Source of the DNA: Albugo candida
Lineage: Eukaryota
NCBI GenBank assembly: GCA_040437565.1
Contig: JBDOQK010000013.1
Coordinates: forward strand, 124,001-188,000
Direction: 5' to 3'
DNA length: 64,000 nt
The notes under the pieces are model-generated. The model was not told the origin of the DNA. It saw only the letters and a program-made list of their open reading frames with translations, and searched no databases. Shown piece by piece: positions 37,359 to 49,760 of this stretch (position 1 is the first letter of the stretch; every line of letters begins with the position of its first letter). Both the position numbers and the translations under genes were made by a program.

Positions 37359-38702
37359 ATGCCACAGGGAATTCCTCGACAATGCGCGCGTGTTTTGAGA
37401 GGACATCGCGGCGTTATCAATGCAGTTCGGTTCAATGGTGCGTTTCACAATGCTTCTTTAGCGTATCAGAGGATGATTCAATTGGAACGGAGTAGAGAAA
37501 GGAACGTATGTGATGACTTGTGGGCACGATAAGACCATCCGTTTGTGGAATCCACATCGAGACGGACTCGATGCAAGCAGCGATGAAGCATTATTGGTCA
37601 AGACATATGAAGGAAGGCATGGATATGATGTTCAGGATGTGACCATGTCAGCGTGTACCACTATAGTGGCTGTATGCTTGTTTAATGATGGTTTTGTATC
37701 GCCGTAGAGCGCACGATAACTCTACATTTGCATCTTGTGGAAGAGAAAAAGCAGTGTTTTTGTGGGATGTTCCCACTGGCCAAGTGATTAGAAAGTTTGA
37801 AGGACATACACATGTTCGTAACACTTTATGAATGCAGGATCAAGTATTTGCTGATGACAAATTTCGTGACATAGGAAGTCAATTGCTTAAAGTTCAATTC
37901 AAATTCGTCCGTTTTGTTGAGTGGTTCGTACGATAAAACCGTTCGTGTTTGGGATCTGAGGCAAGTCGTTACCACTTGTAGTATCGCTTTGTAATTGACT
38001 CATGTTGCATACTTAGAGCTCGGAACGCATTTGCACCAGTACAAATCATTGACACTTTCAAGGACAGTGTCACTTCAGTCACTGTAACAAGAAGCTCTAT
38101 TATCGCCGGGTGAGATTCTACTCAAACGATCACATAATGACCGCATTGATGATCGATAACTCCCCAGTTGCGTAGACGGAAGTGTCTACACTTTTGATTT
38201 GGTGAAAGGAAGAATGGTTCGGGATGAAATTGGAGGTAAGCGATTTCCTCATCGTGATTTTTACTCAAATATGTTTACCACAGAGCCGGTCGTATCGATC
38301 GACGTGTCGCCCGATGAGAAGTGCATTGTCGCAAGTTCGCTGGATGGATCCCTTCGACTGATCGACAGGAAAAATGGTCGCGAATTGAACTGGTAAATCT
38401 GTTTTTGGGTAACAATAATAACGCGAGCTCACTTTTTTTCGCGCACAATCGATGGGGACTCAAGCTTCATTGGTCATCGAGTGGACCATTATCGTATCGA
38501 TTGTCGCTTTACGAATGATGGATCGTATGTAATCAGTGGGTCAGAAGATGGAAAAATCTATTACTGGGACACAGTCACTCGTATGGAGACATCCTTTCAA
38601 GCACATACAAAAGCATTGCGCACGATCGCGTACCACCCGGAGGACCCGATCGTCATTACAGGAGGCGAAGATAGCGTGGCAAGGGTATGGACACTACATT
38701 AA
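37359..38702 (+). CDS. WDR83: WD40 protein WDR83/MORG1-like
   Basis: GHRGVINAVRFN..YVMTCGHDKTIRLWNP, FLWDVPTGQVIRKFEGH, SGSYDKTVRVWDLR, PVQIIDTFKDSVTSV and SGSEDGKIYYWD. Confidence 0.85.
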
Positions 38703-38981
38703 GAATCTACGTTAAGTTAGGCTAGTCAACATTCACGTCACACAACGCATTCGTGACCACCCAAATACTAATCGCCAATCTGAACCACGGTACTTGTTTT
38801 CTTAAACGTGAGGTTTCCCAAAATTCGCTCATTACGAAAAGAAATTCCACTCGCAAAATCTGCTCCGCGGTCATTAACTATCGCCCTTTCTGTTTGTTTT
38901 TGTCGTTTGATACACTCTTTCACATAAAAATTTAGTTTCTTCGGCTTGTTCGCATATTTCCACAAGTGTTCCTTCAGACTT

Positions 38982-40574
38982 ATGGCAGACACCAGAAAAA
39001 ATGTGGATCACGTTGAAACTAAATCAGAAGCAGTGAGCCCGACAGCTGTTGGGAATGCATTTGTAAAGCAGTATTACCACTTGCTGTCGGAGACACCTGA
39101 ACAACTGCATCGATTTTATAAAGACGTCTCGACTTGGTGTCACGGCAATGGATCACAAATGGAGCAATCGATCCTAGGGCAAAAGGCTATCAACGATCAA
39201 ATCATGATTCGAGGGTATATCGGTACTCGTGTCGACTTGGATCGAGGATCAATCGATTGTCAAGCTTCGCTGCATGGAAGTATCTTGGTGTTGGTGACTG
39301 GTGTTATGACCTTGCGATCGAGTGCAACGCCAAAACCTTTCGTGCAGACCTTCTATTTGGCTGTTCAACCTACTGGGTACTTTGTCCTAAATGATGTTTT
39401 GCGATTCCTGGAAGCACCATCTCCGTTAGAAAAAGGGACGAGCGACTCAATTCTTCAATCAAGTCCGTCCTTACATCCAGTTTTGCCAACGAGCAAAGGC
39501 GGCAGAATTCCGCATGAAGATACTTGCTGTCCTGATGCTGAGATTCCAGAAGACATTCCCAAAGTGCAAGCTGAAGTACCCAAAGTTCGATCGGAAGTAG
39601 CTTCTGCTTCGTCGGACGAAGCTCCCATGATGAAAGAAACGATGTCGCCTAAAGTCATTGCCGAAGTACAGAAAGCCGACACTAAAGAGATTGAACATGC
39701 TCAACATGTGCAAGATGTTGTGCAAGAGGAGAAAGCCCAACCTCAACATGTATCATCCTCAACCGCGACTGCCTCTCCAGAGAAAGTTGCGAGAGCTCCT
39801 GTAGCTCGAACCGATTCGAACGAATCAGTCCCGACCCAACCCAAGCCCAGCACGAATTGGGCGATGCATCTCTTCTCCAGTAGCACAGCACCAAGGCCTG
39901 CTGCAGTTGCACCGACCACAAAAGCGGCCATGACAAAACCTGTTACTCCGCCCAAGTCTAAGCCAGCTAGCCAACCGTCAGATGCTGCAAAAAAAGTAAC
40001 GTATAGGTAAACCTCCCATAGCTTCACCGCTCCAAAATCTAATGCATCACATCATAGCATTTACATCCGAGACTTCCCGTCACAAACGCAAGAATCTGAC
40101 TTGCGAGAGCTATTCGAACCATTTGGAAAGATTGTCAGTATCAACCATGCAAGCTCGCGTGGTTTTGCCTTTGTGGATTACCTTGAGCAGGAAAGTGTGA
40201 AGAAAGTCTTGAACGAGAGCACGTCATTTGAATTGTATGGAAAAGCGCTTTATGTGGACGAACGAGGAGATCGTGGTGAGCGTAAAGGTATACATGCGTT
40301 TCTGACTTGCTGCGATTGGGTTGCGCTAAGGCTTCGTATAGATTCTCGTGGAAGCTATCGCAGCGATGGCCGAGGAGGACGTGGGCGTGCGGGGCGTGAT
40401 AATGGCAAAGGGATGCGATCGAATACCAAACGCAATGGAGGCGATAGGGAGAATAGTAATGGAGTACTTCCCAATGCATCAAGTGGACCAACATCCACTG
40501 GACGTAGTGATCGTCGGGAAAAGGGAGGACGACGAAGTACGAGTAGTGCAGGGAGGGGCAATCGCAACGAGTAG
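38982..40574 (+). CDS. G3BP/Rasputin-like NTF2-RRM-RGG protein
   Basis: VGNAFVKQYY..LHRFY, FVQTFYLA, YFVLNDVLRF; PxxP linker; RRM (RGFAFVDY); RGG tail. Confidence 0.9.
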
Positions 40575-41100
40575 ATTGACTGAAGACCGTAATCAGAGGA
40601 GTACAAGGGATGCACTTAGAGCTACAGCGACAAAAGGATGTAGGAATGGTCGCTCCAGAGTAAATTGAAAAAAAAAATATTTCATTATCATCATTCTGCT
40701 TCATTTTACGATAACATCAATTCATTTACAACTCAATGAACAATTCATCTAATGTTGAAGTTGAAGTTGACTTTTCACGCGCGCGCTTCCGCCCCAATTG
40801 AATGGAATCTGGTATAGAGGAAAGCAAACTTAGTGAGAATGAGAGCTCGCAGCAAGCGATGAAGTCCGAGCATCTTGATAGAATCGCTGACGATACTGAA
40901 AAGTATCTACTGAAATTCAAAGGACGCNNNNNNNNNNNNNNNNNNNNNNNNNNNNNNNNNNNNNNNNNNNNNNNNNNNNNNNNNNNNNNNNNNNNNNNNN
41001 NNNNNNNNNNNNNNNNNNNNNNNNNNNCAACTCAATGAACAATTCATCTAATGTTGAAGTTGAAGTTGACTTTTCACGCGCGCGCTTCCGCCCCAATTGA

Positions 41101-44100
41101 ATGGAATCTGGTATAGAGGAAAGCAAACTTAGTGAGAATGAGAGCTCGCAGCAAGCGATGAAGTCCGAGCATCTTGATAGAATCGCTGACGATACTGAAA
41201 AGTATCTACTGAAATTCAAAGGACGCGATCCATTGCGAAAATGGATTCAGTATTTACAATGGCTGGATGAAAAGATGCCATCAGAGACGAATCGAATCAT
41301 TTCGACACTGAAGAAATGTTTACTCAGTCTGCAAAAATCTCCGGATTATTTGAATGACGTTCGCTACATTCGCCTTTGGATTCGATATGTAAGATGCATA
41401 TCGAAAAGAGTTATCGTGCTCTTCAATTCAAGTTTATACTGTAAGAAATGATTGTGTAGGCGGATATGGTGTCCAATCCGAATGACATCTTCAAGTACCT
41501 GTATAGAAATGGGATTGGGGATCAAGTATCGCTATACTATGTGGGTTGGGCATGGGTGTTGGAGAGTCTTGGGAAATACTCGTATGCGCATAAAGTTTAC
41601 ATGAAAGCAATCAAAAAGTGAGTAGCGCCGATTCATTTTTTGGGCTAAGCTCGAATGATATCATTGTAGTCTCTTACGGTAGGAAAGCCGAACCACAAGA
41701 TTTTATTCAGCAAAAGTATGCAGCTTTCCAGAGACGCATGAATAGTCGATGGATTTCACTAGGCAGACCCAAGCAACAGTCATCGACAACGAATCTCTGT
41801 ATTGGACGTAACAGCTTGGTTGAATGGACTGCTGAAGCAGATGCTGAGAACGCCACAAAAGAGTCACGCGAAGCTTGTGTCGGAAATAATGATGGGTATG
41901 CACCGAATCCTGGACTAATAAAAGCGGATACATTACATGGCAACACTAAGGAGGAAACCGTGAGAAACACCGCAGTATTGGCGAAAAGATCAGCTACCGA
42001 GTGGGCAGAGGATACAGAAACCGCGTACCGATCAAGATGGAATGCTCGGGGGGAGTCTGAACGCTTTAATGAGAACGACAAGGGTCGCTCTAAATTATCA
42101 ATCTATAATTCGGCAAGGCTGGATTTTGATGGCGCACAAACCTGTTTTGAAGAGCAACGGGCTATGTGTAGAGGAAAGAAACTGAGAAGAAACGCAGAAG
42201 ATAATGAGTCTACGATTTTGACAAAAAAGCACAGGATAAAAGCTCGTGATTCAATGCCCACAGTGGCTTCTTGTACAAAGAAAATCTTTCAACTTCCAGG
42301 TGGTATGCAGACCAGCAATTTCGACACAAGGTATTCCAATAACACCATTTCCATATCAGTTTTGAGCTGAGGTAGTCTTTCAGGATCTCTACGTCACAGC
42401 AACAGAGTTCTACGGTCACCGTAAAGCACAAAGCAGCTGCCATGGAATATGCAGATGCCAGTAGAGGTATTGATGTGAAGAAAAATCGACCTAGAGACGA
42501 AGAAAAAAAGAGGGATGAAGATTCTGCACTCACCCAGACGAGCTCGAAACAAATACGGAGACCTCTCACGATTCGAGAAGATATAATGAGTAAATTGAAT
42601 GAGCCGGTTACAAGAACAAACAGCAAAATCACAGACATTCGGTAGCGGTGCTTCTTACCTTCTATCATAGACTGATTGATTTCTAAAGCCTCTACTGCTC
42701 AGTACCCCAGCAAAAAGATTCGACGATCAGCACGAAAAAGAAAAGTATGCTGGATTGTATATCACCACCATGCATTGACAATCCCAAATTTGTTTTTTGT
42801 CGGCTAGTGCGACACAACCTAGAGGGCAAACATACCAGCAAGAAACTACAAAAGCAGCTCATCAAAATTCTTATTGTCTCGACCCTTATCGACGTTCTCA
42901 TCGTCAAAATATCGTGCAGGATAAATCTGTTATCAGGTTTTTGTTGGATGCTTGTGAGAACGCTCATGTGCATCCGGGAAAAATGCCATTGTTACCAGGT
43001 GGCGAGACGAAGCATAATAAAAGCAAAGTTGCTGCGACTATCAGAATTTCGGACGCAATTGTACTTGAGATCACCGGTCTTCTTGGATCCGGTTCATTTG
43101 CTCGAGTTTACTCTGTCACGACGAAATTGAATGGGGCTTCACAAGTGCTGGCACTCAAGGTACTAACCGATCATGAAGGCACTGCTGAACCAGTATTAAT
43201 TGTGATGTATCCAGGGCGAGAAGAAAACAAAATACTTGCCATGGGAGTACTTTATCGTCAATCAGGCTCGACTTCGTCTGGCAAGCCGAGGCATACAATT
43301 AAAGAGTCTTCGTGCATTAGTCCAATTCACAAGACTCGATATCTTCTCGGTAGTGAAATAATGGCAAAGCAAGAATTCATATTTATATTTGGGATTGTTC
43401 AGAATGGGAGCCTTCTTCTCATGGAAAAAAGTTTTGCGGGAACTCTGCATGGCTTGTTGGGTCGTTATCGTCGTGTACGTTACCGTTTGCCGTCTCTTTC
43501 TGCACAATGCAAAGACTGACTACCTCAATCAGGCAGGAAAGGCGTTTCCAGAGATTCTGACAATGTATTACTCGATACAGATGTTCAAGATCGTAGAAAT
43601 GCTTCATAGTGTGGACATACTTCATGGAGACATCAAGCCTGATAACTGGGTATTCTACTCGGGACGATGCAGCGTTGATAGTTCGATGTCCTTGCCAGAT
43701 GATCCTACGTACGCTACAGGCAACATTGTCTTGATTGATTTTGGGAGAGCAATCAACTTGAGAGATTATCCCAAACAAGCGGTCTTTAGCGGTGATTGTC
43801 ATGTGAAAGGGTTCCAGTGCATTGAGATGTTGACAGGAAAGCCGTGGAGACATCAAATCGATACATTTGGGCTGTGCAGCACCATTCACTGTATGCTATT
43901 TGGTAGCTACATGCAAGTACAACAAGTCAAAGACGGAAAATCAGTGAGATGGAAGATCGGGAAAACGTTCAAGCGGTACTGGCAGATCGCAATTTGGGGC
44001 GAAATCTTTGGCACATTACTGAATGTATCCAATTGCGAGAAGCAGCCTTCATTGACAGCTCTCAGAAGTCGTTTGGAAAGTGTACTGCTCAGTAATCAAC

Positions 44101-44211
44101 AGTATCAGCAGGTGCTCTTTTATTTCGAACACCATAGCGAGTGATTCTGTCAAATATGCGTAGACGCTTCGGGACAGCCTTCGAGCCCAAGAACGAATGC
44201 TGAAGTCGTGA
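41101..44211 (+). CDS. BUB1: BUB1 spindle-checkpoint kinase (TPR + kinase)
   Basis: DPLRKWIQYLQW, YLNDVRYIRLWIRYAD, GIGDQVSLYYVGWA, GSGSFARVY, HGDIKPDNW, LIDFGRAI, GFQCIEM..KPW..QIDTFG and FKRYWQ. The 5' end is also copied at 40802 before the gap. Confidence 0.92.
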
Positions 44212-44739
44212 GGATCGTGCTTGATTTGCCGGAAGCAAACTATTTGAGCCAATCAAGTGCCAAACCAAGCTGTGGCGAGTAATCAACGCAAATGATAATC
44301 GAGAATGAAGAACTGGATCAGTTTCTCGAAACGATCATCAGCCATCCGACCGATACGGCTGCCGTTAAAAGTTATAAGGTACTGCAGAGNNNNNNNNNNN
44401 NNNNNNNNNNNNNNNNNNNNNNNNNNNNNNNNNNNNNNNNNNNNNNNNNNNNNNNNNNNNNNNNNNNNNNNNNNNNNNNNNNNNNNNNNGCAGCCTTCAT
44501 TGACAGCTCTCAGAAGTCGTTTGGAAAGTGTACTGCTCAGTAATCAACAGTATCAGCAGGTGCTCTTTTATTTCGAACACCATAGCGAGTGATTCTGTCA
44601 AATATGCGTAGACGCTTCGGGACAGCCTTCGAGCCCAAGAACGAATGCTGAAGTCGTGAGGATCGTGCTTGATTTGCCGGAAGCAAACTATTTGAGCCAA
44701 TCAAGTGCCAAACCAAGCTGTGGCGAGTAATCAACGCAA

Positions 44740-46595
44740 ATGATAATCGAGAATGAAGAACTGGATCAGTTTCTCGAAACGATCATCAGCCATCCGACCG
44801 ATACGGCTGCCGTTAAAAGTTATAAGGTACTGCAGAGACGATTCCTCTTTCCATTTATATTTGAATCTGACCGATGCTGGACTAGGATCATATCTTGGAG
44901 AGTCTGACACAAGATCGTTTGACATCCGATTTACTGGGCAATAAAATCATTGACGCTATTTTTCGCTGTCACAAACGCCCGTCACTGAAACATCTACGCG
45001 AGCTTCTGGTTGATGCAATGACTGCAGTAGATGGAGTCACTGATGCGATTGCGTCTGTCTTTACATCCAGATACAATGAAATCGCGCATTCCTTTGCAAA
45101 TTGTCGCGCTGTTGCTCTTGATCTTTCTTGCGAGCTGTTGAAAATATGTGAATTGGATGAACTATCAACGGCACCCTGGCGAATAGATTTTTTGAAAGGA
45201 CAAGCAAGCGTTCTCGAATCAACATTGGACGATAAAATTCGACAACAAATGCGTTGCCGGAAAACAATAACAAATCTGTTGCAAATTCAGCCAACGCTTG
45301 TTAAAGGTTATCTAAACGTCATCGAGAATGCTACAAACGATGATCAATTTTATGTTTTATTGAGTACAATATCATTGGTACGTGATTGAGCTGCATTATG
45401 CCAAAGAACCTGCTTACAGGATGATTTCATTTGTAGATGCAGCAGAATTGGAATGCTGAAACGCAACGTAAGCTACTGAAGTCGTACGTGTACTGGTCTT
45501 TTGAGGCAAAAGCACGACGGTTTCCAGCACGGATCTCACAGAACGGTTTGAGGCTGAGTTGGATCACTAGAGAGCAATTTGATACTACTGTCAAGCCGGT
45601 TTTGGAAAAATTATTGAAGAAATCTCCTGACGCCGTTCTAGAATCAACAGTAGCGTGTGTTCAAGCGTGCTCATTGGACTTCGGCCCGTCTCTGCAATCA
45701 GTGTTTTTGCCGCTTATCACAACAAAATTACGCTCTCAAAATAACATCGTGCGGTCACTCTGTGTGGAACTTGCTGCAGCGTTATTACCATCGCTTCATT
45801 CTGAAGACTCGCGTTTTTTTCTAGTGTCTGAAATTAGTCGTCTCCTTGAGGGAAAATATGGTCTACTTGCGCATTTTTATCAAAGAGAAGCCGTTTACCT
45901 TGCATTATCAGAAGCTATTACGATCTATGAAGACAACGACTACTCGAAAGAGTCAATTATGGTGATGTGCAATACTCTTATCCCAATTGTTTTGCAAGCT
46001 ATCGAGAAAGAAGCTCACAAAGCCACTCGCTATCTTGGCTTAGATACTCTGGGTAAACTCTTAGCGCTTGGACAGCAGATTCCAGATACAGTTGTCAATT
46101 ACACGAAGAAAGGATTGAAGGATGGTAAAGCCGAAGAACATGTCACAGCATCCATTTACCTACTACTAATTGTGCTGGCACAAATTGAGAAGCACTCGAC
46201 TTTACACTCAGACTTGATCACGACATTGGCATCGTTTACCCAAGATCTGGATAGAATTGGATGCGACGGCAACCTGAAGTCAAAATGTAGTTATAATCGA
46301 CTTTTAGCCATTGCGACAATTGGTACAATAGCCACCCAAAGTGCTTCTACTGATGCGGCTATCGTGCAGATGCAATCGTGGAAACTTGTATCGGATCCCG
46401 ACTCATTTGTCGTGTCTACAATCAGACATGTCCTCACCAAGGTAAACTGCAAAGATCCGAGTGAAGATGCCATATTAGAAACACAAATTCTTCGGCAGAG
46501 TGCAGTGGCGATCTCGCACTACCTTGAGAGTGACCAGCGTCCACATTTGTATGCTATTTTAGCGGATCTTCTCTGCTGCAAAGACATGTCTGTCC
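44740..46595 (+). CDS. GCN1: GCN1/ILITYHIA-like HEAT protein, N-terminal part only (cut by gap)
   Basis: LSWITREQFDTTVKPVLEKLLKKSPDAVLE..SLDFG resembles the GCN1 N-terminal region. Introns at about 44827-44886 and 45378-45436. The 5' end is also copied at 44292. Confidence 0.72.
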
Positions 46596-46695
46596 NNNNN
46601 NNNNNNNNNNNNNNNNNNNNNNNNNNNNNNNNNNNNNNNNNNNNNNNNNNNNNNNNNNNNNNNNNNNNNNNNNNNNNNNNNNNNNNNNNNNNNNN

Positions 46696-47289
46696 CATCA
46701 ACGAGCTCTCGCTACTCAAGACTTTCTGCGATGTGTTGTGGACCAAGGAGGTGTACCAGCGTGCTTACGACCCCATGGTAAAGATGAGTCCATGCGTGAC
46801 GATGGATGAACTGACGCGTTTAGAAAAGCACCAACCTCTCACGGTGTCAAAGAAGCGTGGTCGGCCGAAGAAGTCGAAGCGGATCGAGTCTCAGGCTGCT
46901 ACAGAAGCTTTCAAGAAGAAGCGCAGCAACAAGGGCACTACATGCGGTAACTACGGCCACAACAAGCGCACCTGCAAGGACTAATCTTTTCCTTGTGATA
47001 AAACAATATATCTTTCATAGTTTCACATAATGTTTAGACCTTTTCGTGTATTTTTCATAATTTTACGATTTCGCCCGTGTAATATTCATTTTGGTATACA
47101 AACCGTATTTTTCCAACTTCTGGTATATAATCCATATTTTTTTAACTTCTGGTATAAAATCCATATTTGTTTCACGTTTGGTATAAAAACCATATTTTTC
47201 CAACTTTTGGTATATAAACCATATTTTTTTTAACATTTGGTATATGACCAATTTTTTTGAAAAAAGTGGTATAAAATCCATAGGTTCCC
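46696..47289 (+). mobile_element. 3' end of a Mutator/MULE element (transposase C-terminus plus repetitive TIR)
   Basis: KKRGRPKKSKRIES..CGNYGHNKRTC zinc-knuckle tail, then 29-bp subterminal repeats ending in AGGTTCCC and an AT-rich 9-mer (AAATAATTT). Confidence 0.75.
47089..47289. repeat. 7 x ~29-bp tandem repeat (TGGTATAWAWCCATATTTTT core)
   Basis: GGTAT cores at 47093, 47122, 47151, 47180, 47209, 47239 and 47268. Confidence 0.85.
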
Positions 47290-47478
47290 AAATAATTTAC
47301 ACATTCATAAATGCATCACTAAGTCATGTAGAAGAAATGGACGTCGAAATAAGTGTTTTCATCGAATACACCACGTTGCAACTATTTTGGGCAATACTCC
47401 ACTCCCACTGTGAAGAGTCCGAGAAGAAATGGACTTGTGGCGATTGGCATTAAAGCATTTCCATAGTATATTAAAAAA

Positions 47479-49751
47479 GGGTGTGATTATTGCCACAGAC
47501 GTTTTGACTAATGCCACAGACAAAACATCTCTGATTGGCTAATTTGTGTAGACTAATATAAATTGATCGATATATTACTGCGTCTACGTAAGATAGATAC
47601 ATAGTAGCATACACGTTTCCACGTTTTCGCATTTCCTCGCTTCCCTCCCTACCACGCAGCAAGATACAACGAGTTGCGCAATAATAACGGCATTCAAGCA
47701 AACAATGGATTACACGAAAGAATATGATGTCATTGTTCAGAATGAATTGCTGCAGCCACCAACCGGACTTGTTGGAGTTGACAATAGTTCTCGCAAAGCG
47801 ATGAAAAAGGAATTGAATGAATTCGCTGCCACCCAAGGCTATGGGATAGTGACAAAAACATCCTACAAGTAGCGTGACGGGCACTATACGGTCCATTACA
47901 AATATGACCGGGGAGGGCTTACCGCAATCGGCTTGTTCTAACGGAAGAGACTAGAACACGGAAGACTTCGACAGTACTCGCCAATTGTCCATTCCGCTTG
48001 GAAGTCATACAGGATGAACTGCACCAGACTTTCCACGTGGTTGAAGAGGATCATAATCATATGCCATGCACCTCCACAAGCGCCCATCCTGTCCATCTTA
48101 GACTCGAAACATAAATGGAAAAGACAATAGTTGGATTATATGATGCTAGGGTCCCAACTAGAAACATTCAAACATTTTTACGGAATGATCATGGAATTCT
48201 TTTGCCTTAAACAAAACCGGATAACGTCCGCCAAGCCGCAATTTTTAGAGCTTTGGATGACCGTACACCGACGGATGCACTTGTACAGAAATTTCGCAGA
48301 TTGCAATATGATGTTGGAACAATAGTGAGCAATGATGACGACAAAATTTCCCGCCTCTACTTGCCCATCCAAGATCCACCGAGATGGCTCGGAGCCACAA
48401 TGACAAATTTCTGGTGGATGCCACATATAAGACAACTTCATGACGAAAGAGAGTCAATCCTCATACTCTTCAGCAATAAAATTCTTTCGATCGATCTGTA
48501 GGGACGGATTTCTCCCGAAAGTTTTTGTCTTTGATCACAAGCTGGCGTTAATTTCAGTAATTCAAGAACACTTCCCTGCTTCCAAAATTCTGTAATGTGT
48601 ATGGCATATTGAATAAAACATAGTGAAAAATGCAAAGCATCTATATCAAAAGAAGAATAATGGATAGCCTTCATGAAAGATTGGAGAGAAATCATTTACG
48701 CACAAACAGAAGGCTCCTTCGATGAACTGTGGCAACGATTCAAATTGCGTGCAGACAGTGCAATCATCAAGTATATTGTCGAAACATGGATTCCCTACAA
48801 AGAAATGTTTGTTACTGCTTGGCTGACCGTATTACGCATTTTGGTCATACTGTAACCTCGCGCGGCGGAAGCGCTCACCACATGATCAAGCAATACATGC
48901 CAACTAGCATGAACAACCTTCTTTCGTGCTGCGAAAAATTACACCTATCTATTGAAAATAATCTTGCAGAGCACGATGTGTCCCGACAGCGTCAACAAAT
49001 GAGAATATGCAAATAAAAGTTGCCCGCCAGCCACAAAGAAACGACGAAGACGTATGCTCTGGAAGATTTTTCACAGTATGGGGTTTTCCCTGTAAGCACA
49101 GCTGCGTCAATACCTGTGTCAAAAACAAACCTTGAAAATGAGCGAAATCCATTTGCATCGGCACTTGGCTAAGCCCCACCAACTAAGTCCTCCTCCGTTT
49201 CGGCCAGCCAAAAGTCTCCCGATGTTACTTGATCAAGTGGCCACCTGCTTTGGGGCCTTGCCAGACCATCAGCAGGCTACGACAGTCAATGAAGCTCAGA
49301 CGCTTTCGCAACAAATTCCAAAGACTTTGCAAGAGCTAGTAATTGCGCGCCCCAAAAGAAAGGCCGCGCCAACAAAATGGATCGATTTATCTGGGTTTGA
49401 ACATGTGGAACCCAACGAAAAACCCAAAAAACGTTTATGCAGAGCTTGTGGGGAAGGAGGGCACCGCTCGGACTCTAAGAAGTGCAAGAAAAACATCAAG
49501 TAAGAAATTCTATTATGAATCTTAGGTAGACGCAGTGATATAGGCATCCTGTCGATTAATCGTTCTGTTTTACACAAATTAGCCAATCAGACATGTTTTG
49601 TCTGTGGCTATAGTGAAAACGTGTGTGGGAATAGTGAAAACGATCGATGAATCACACAATTTAGCCAATCATACCCGCTTACACAAATTAGCCAATCAGA
49701 GATGTTTTGTCTGTGGCATTAGTCAAAACGTCTGTGGCAATAGTCACACCC
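47479..49751 (+). mobile_element. Mutator/MULE element A with decayed FAR1/MULE transposase
   Basis: 72-bp TIRs (47479-47550 and 49680-49751; 71/72 identical) and a perfect 9-bp TSD ATTAAAAAA (47470-47478, 49752-49760). Frameshifted remnants include NCPFRLEV..HNH, VDATYKT, THFGHTVTSR and CRACGEGGH. Confidence 0.93.
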
Positions 49752-49760
49752 ATTAAAAAA

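Noticed and set aside
45437..46984. 515-aa GCN1-zinc-knuckle fusion ORF
   Set aside because: An artefact of reading through the N gap from GCN1 into a MULE transposase tail.
47089..47289. CRISPR-like array
   Set aside because: Eukaryotic context and no unique spacers; these are degenerate tandem repeats at a transposon end.
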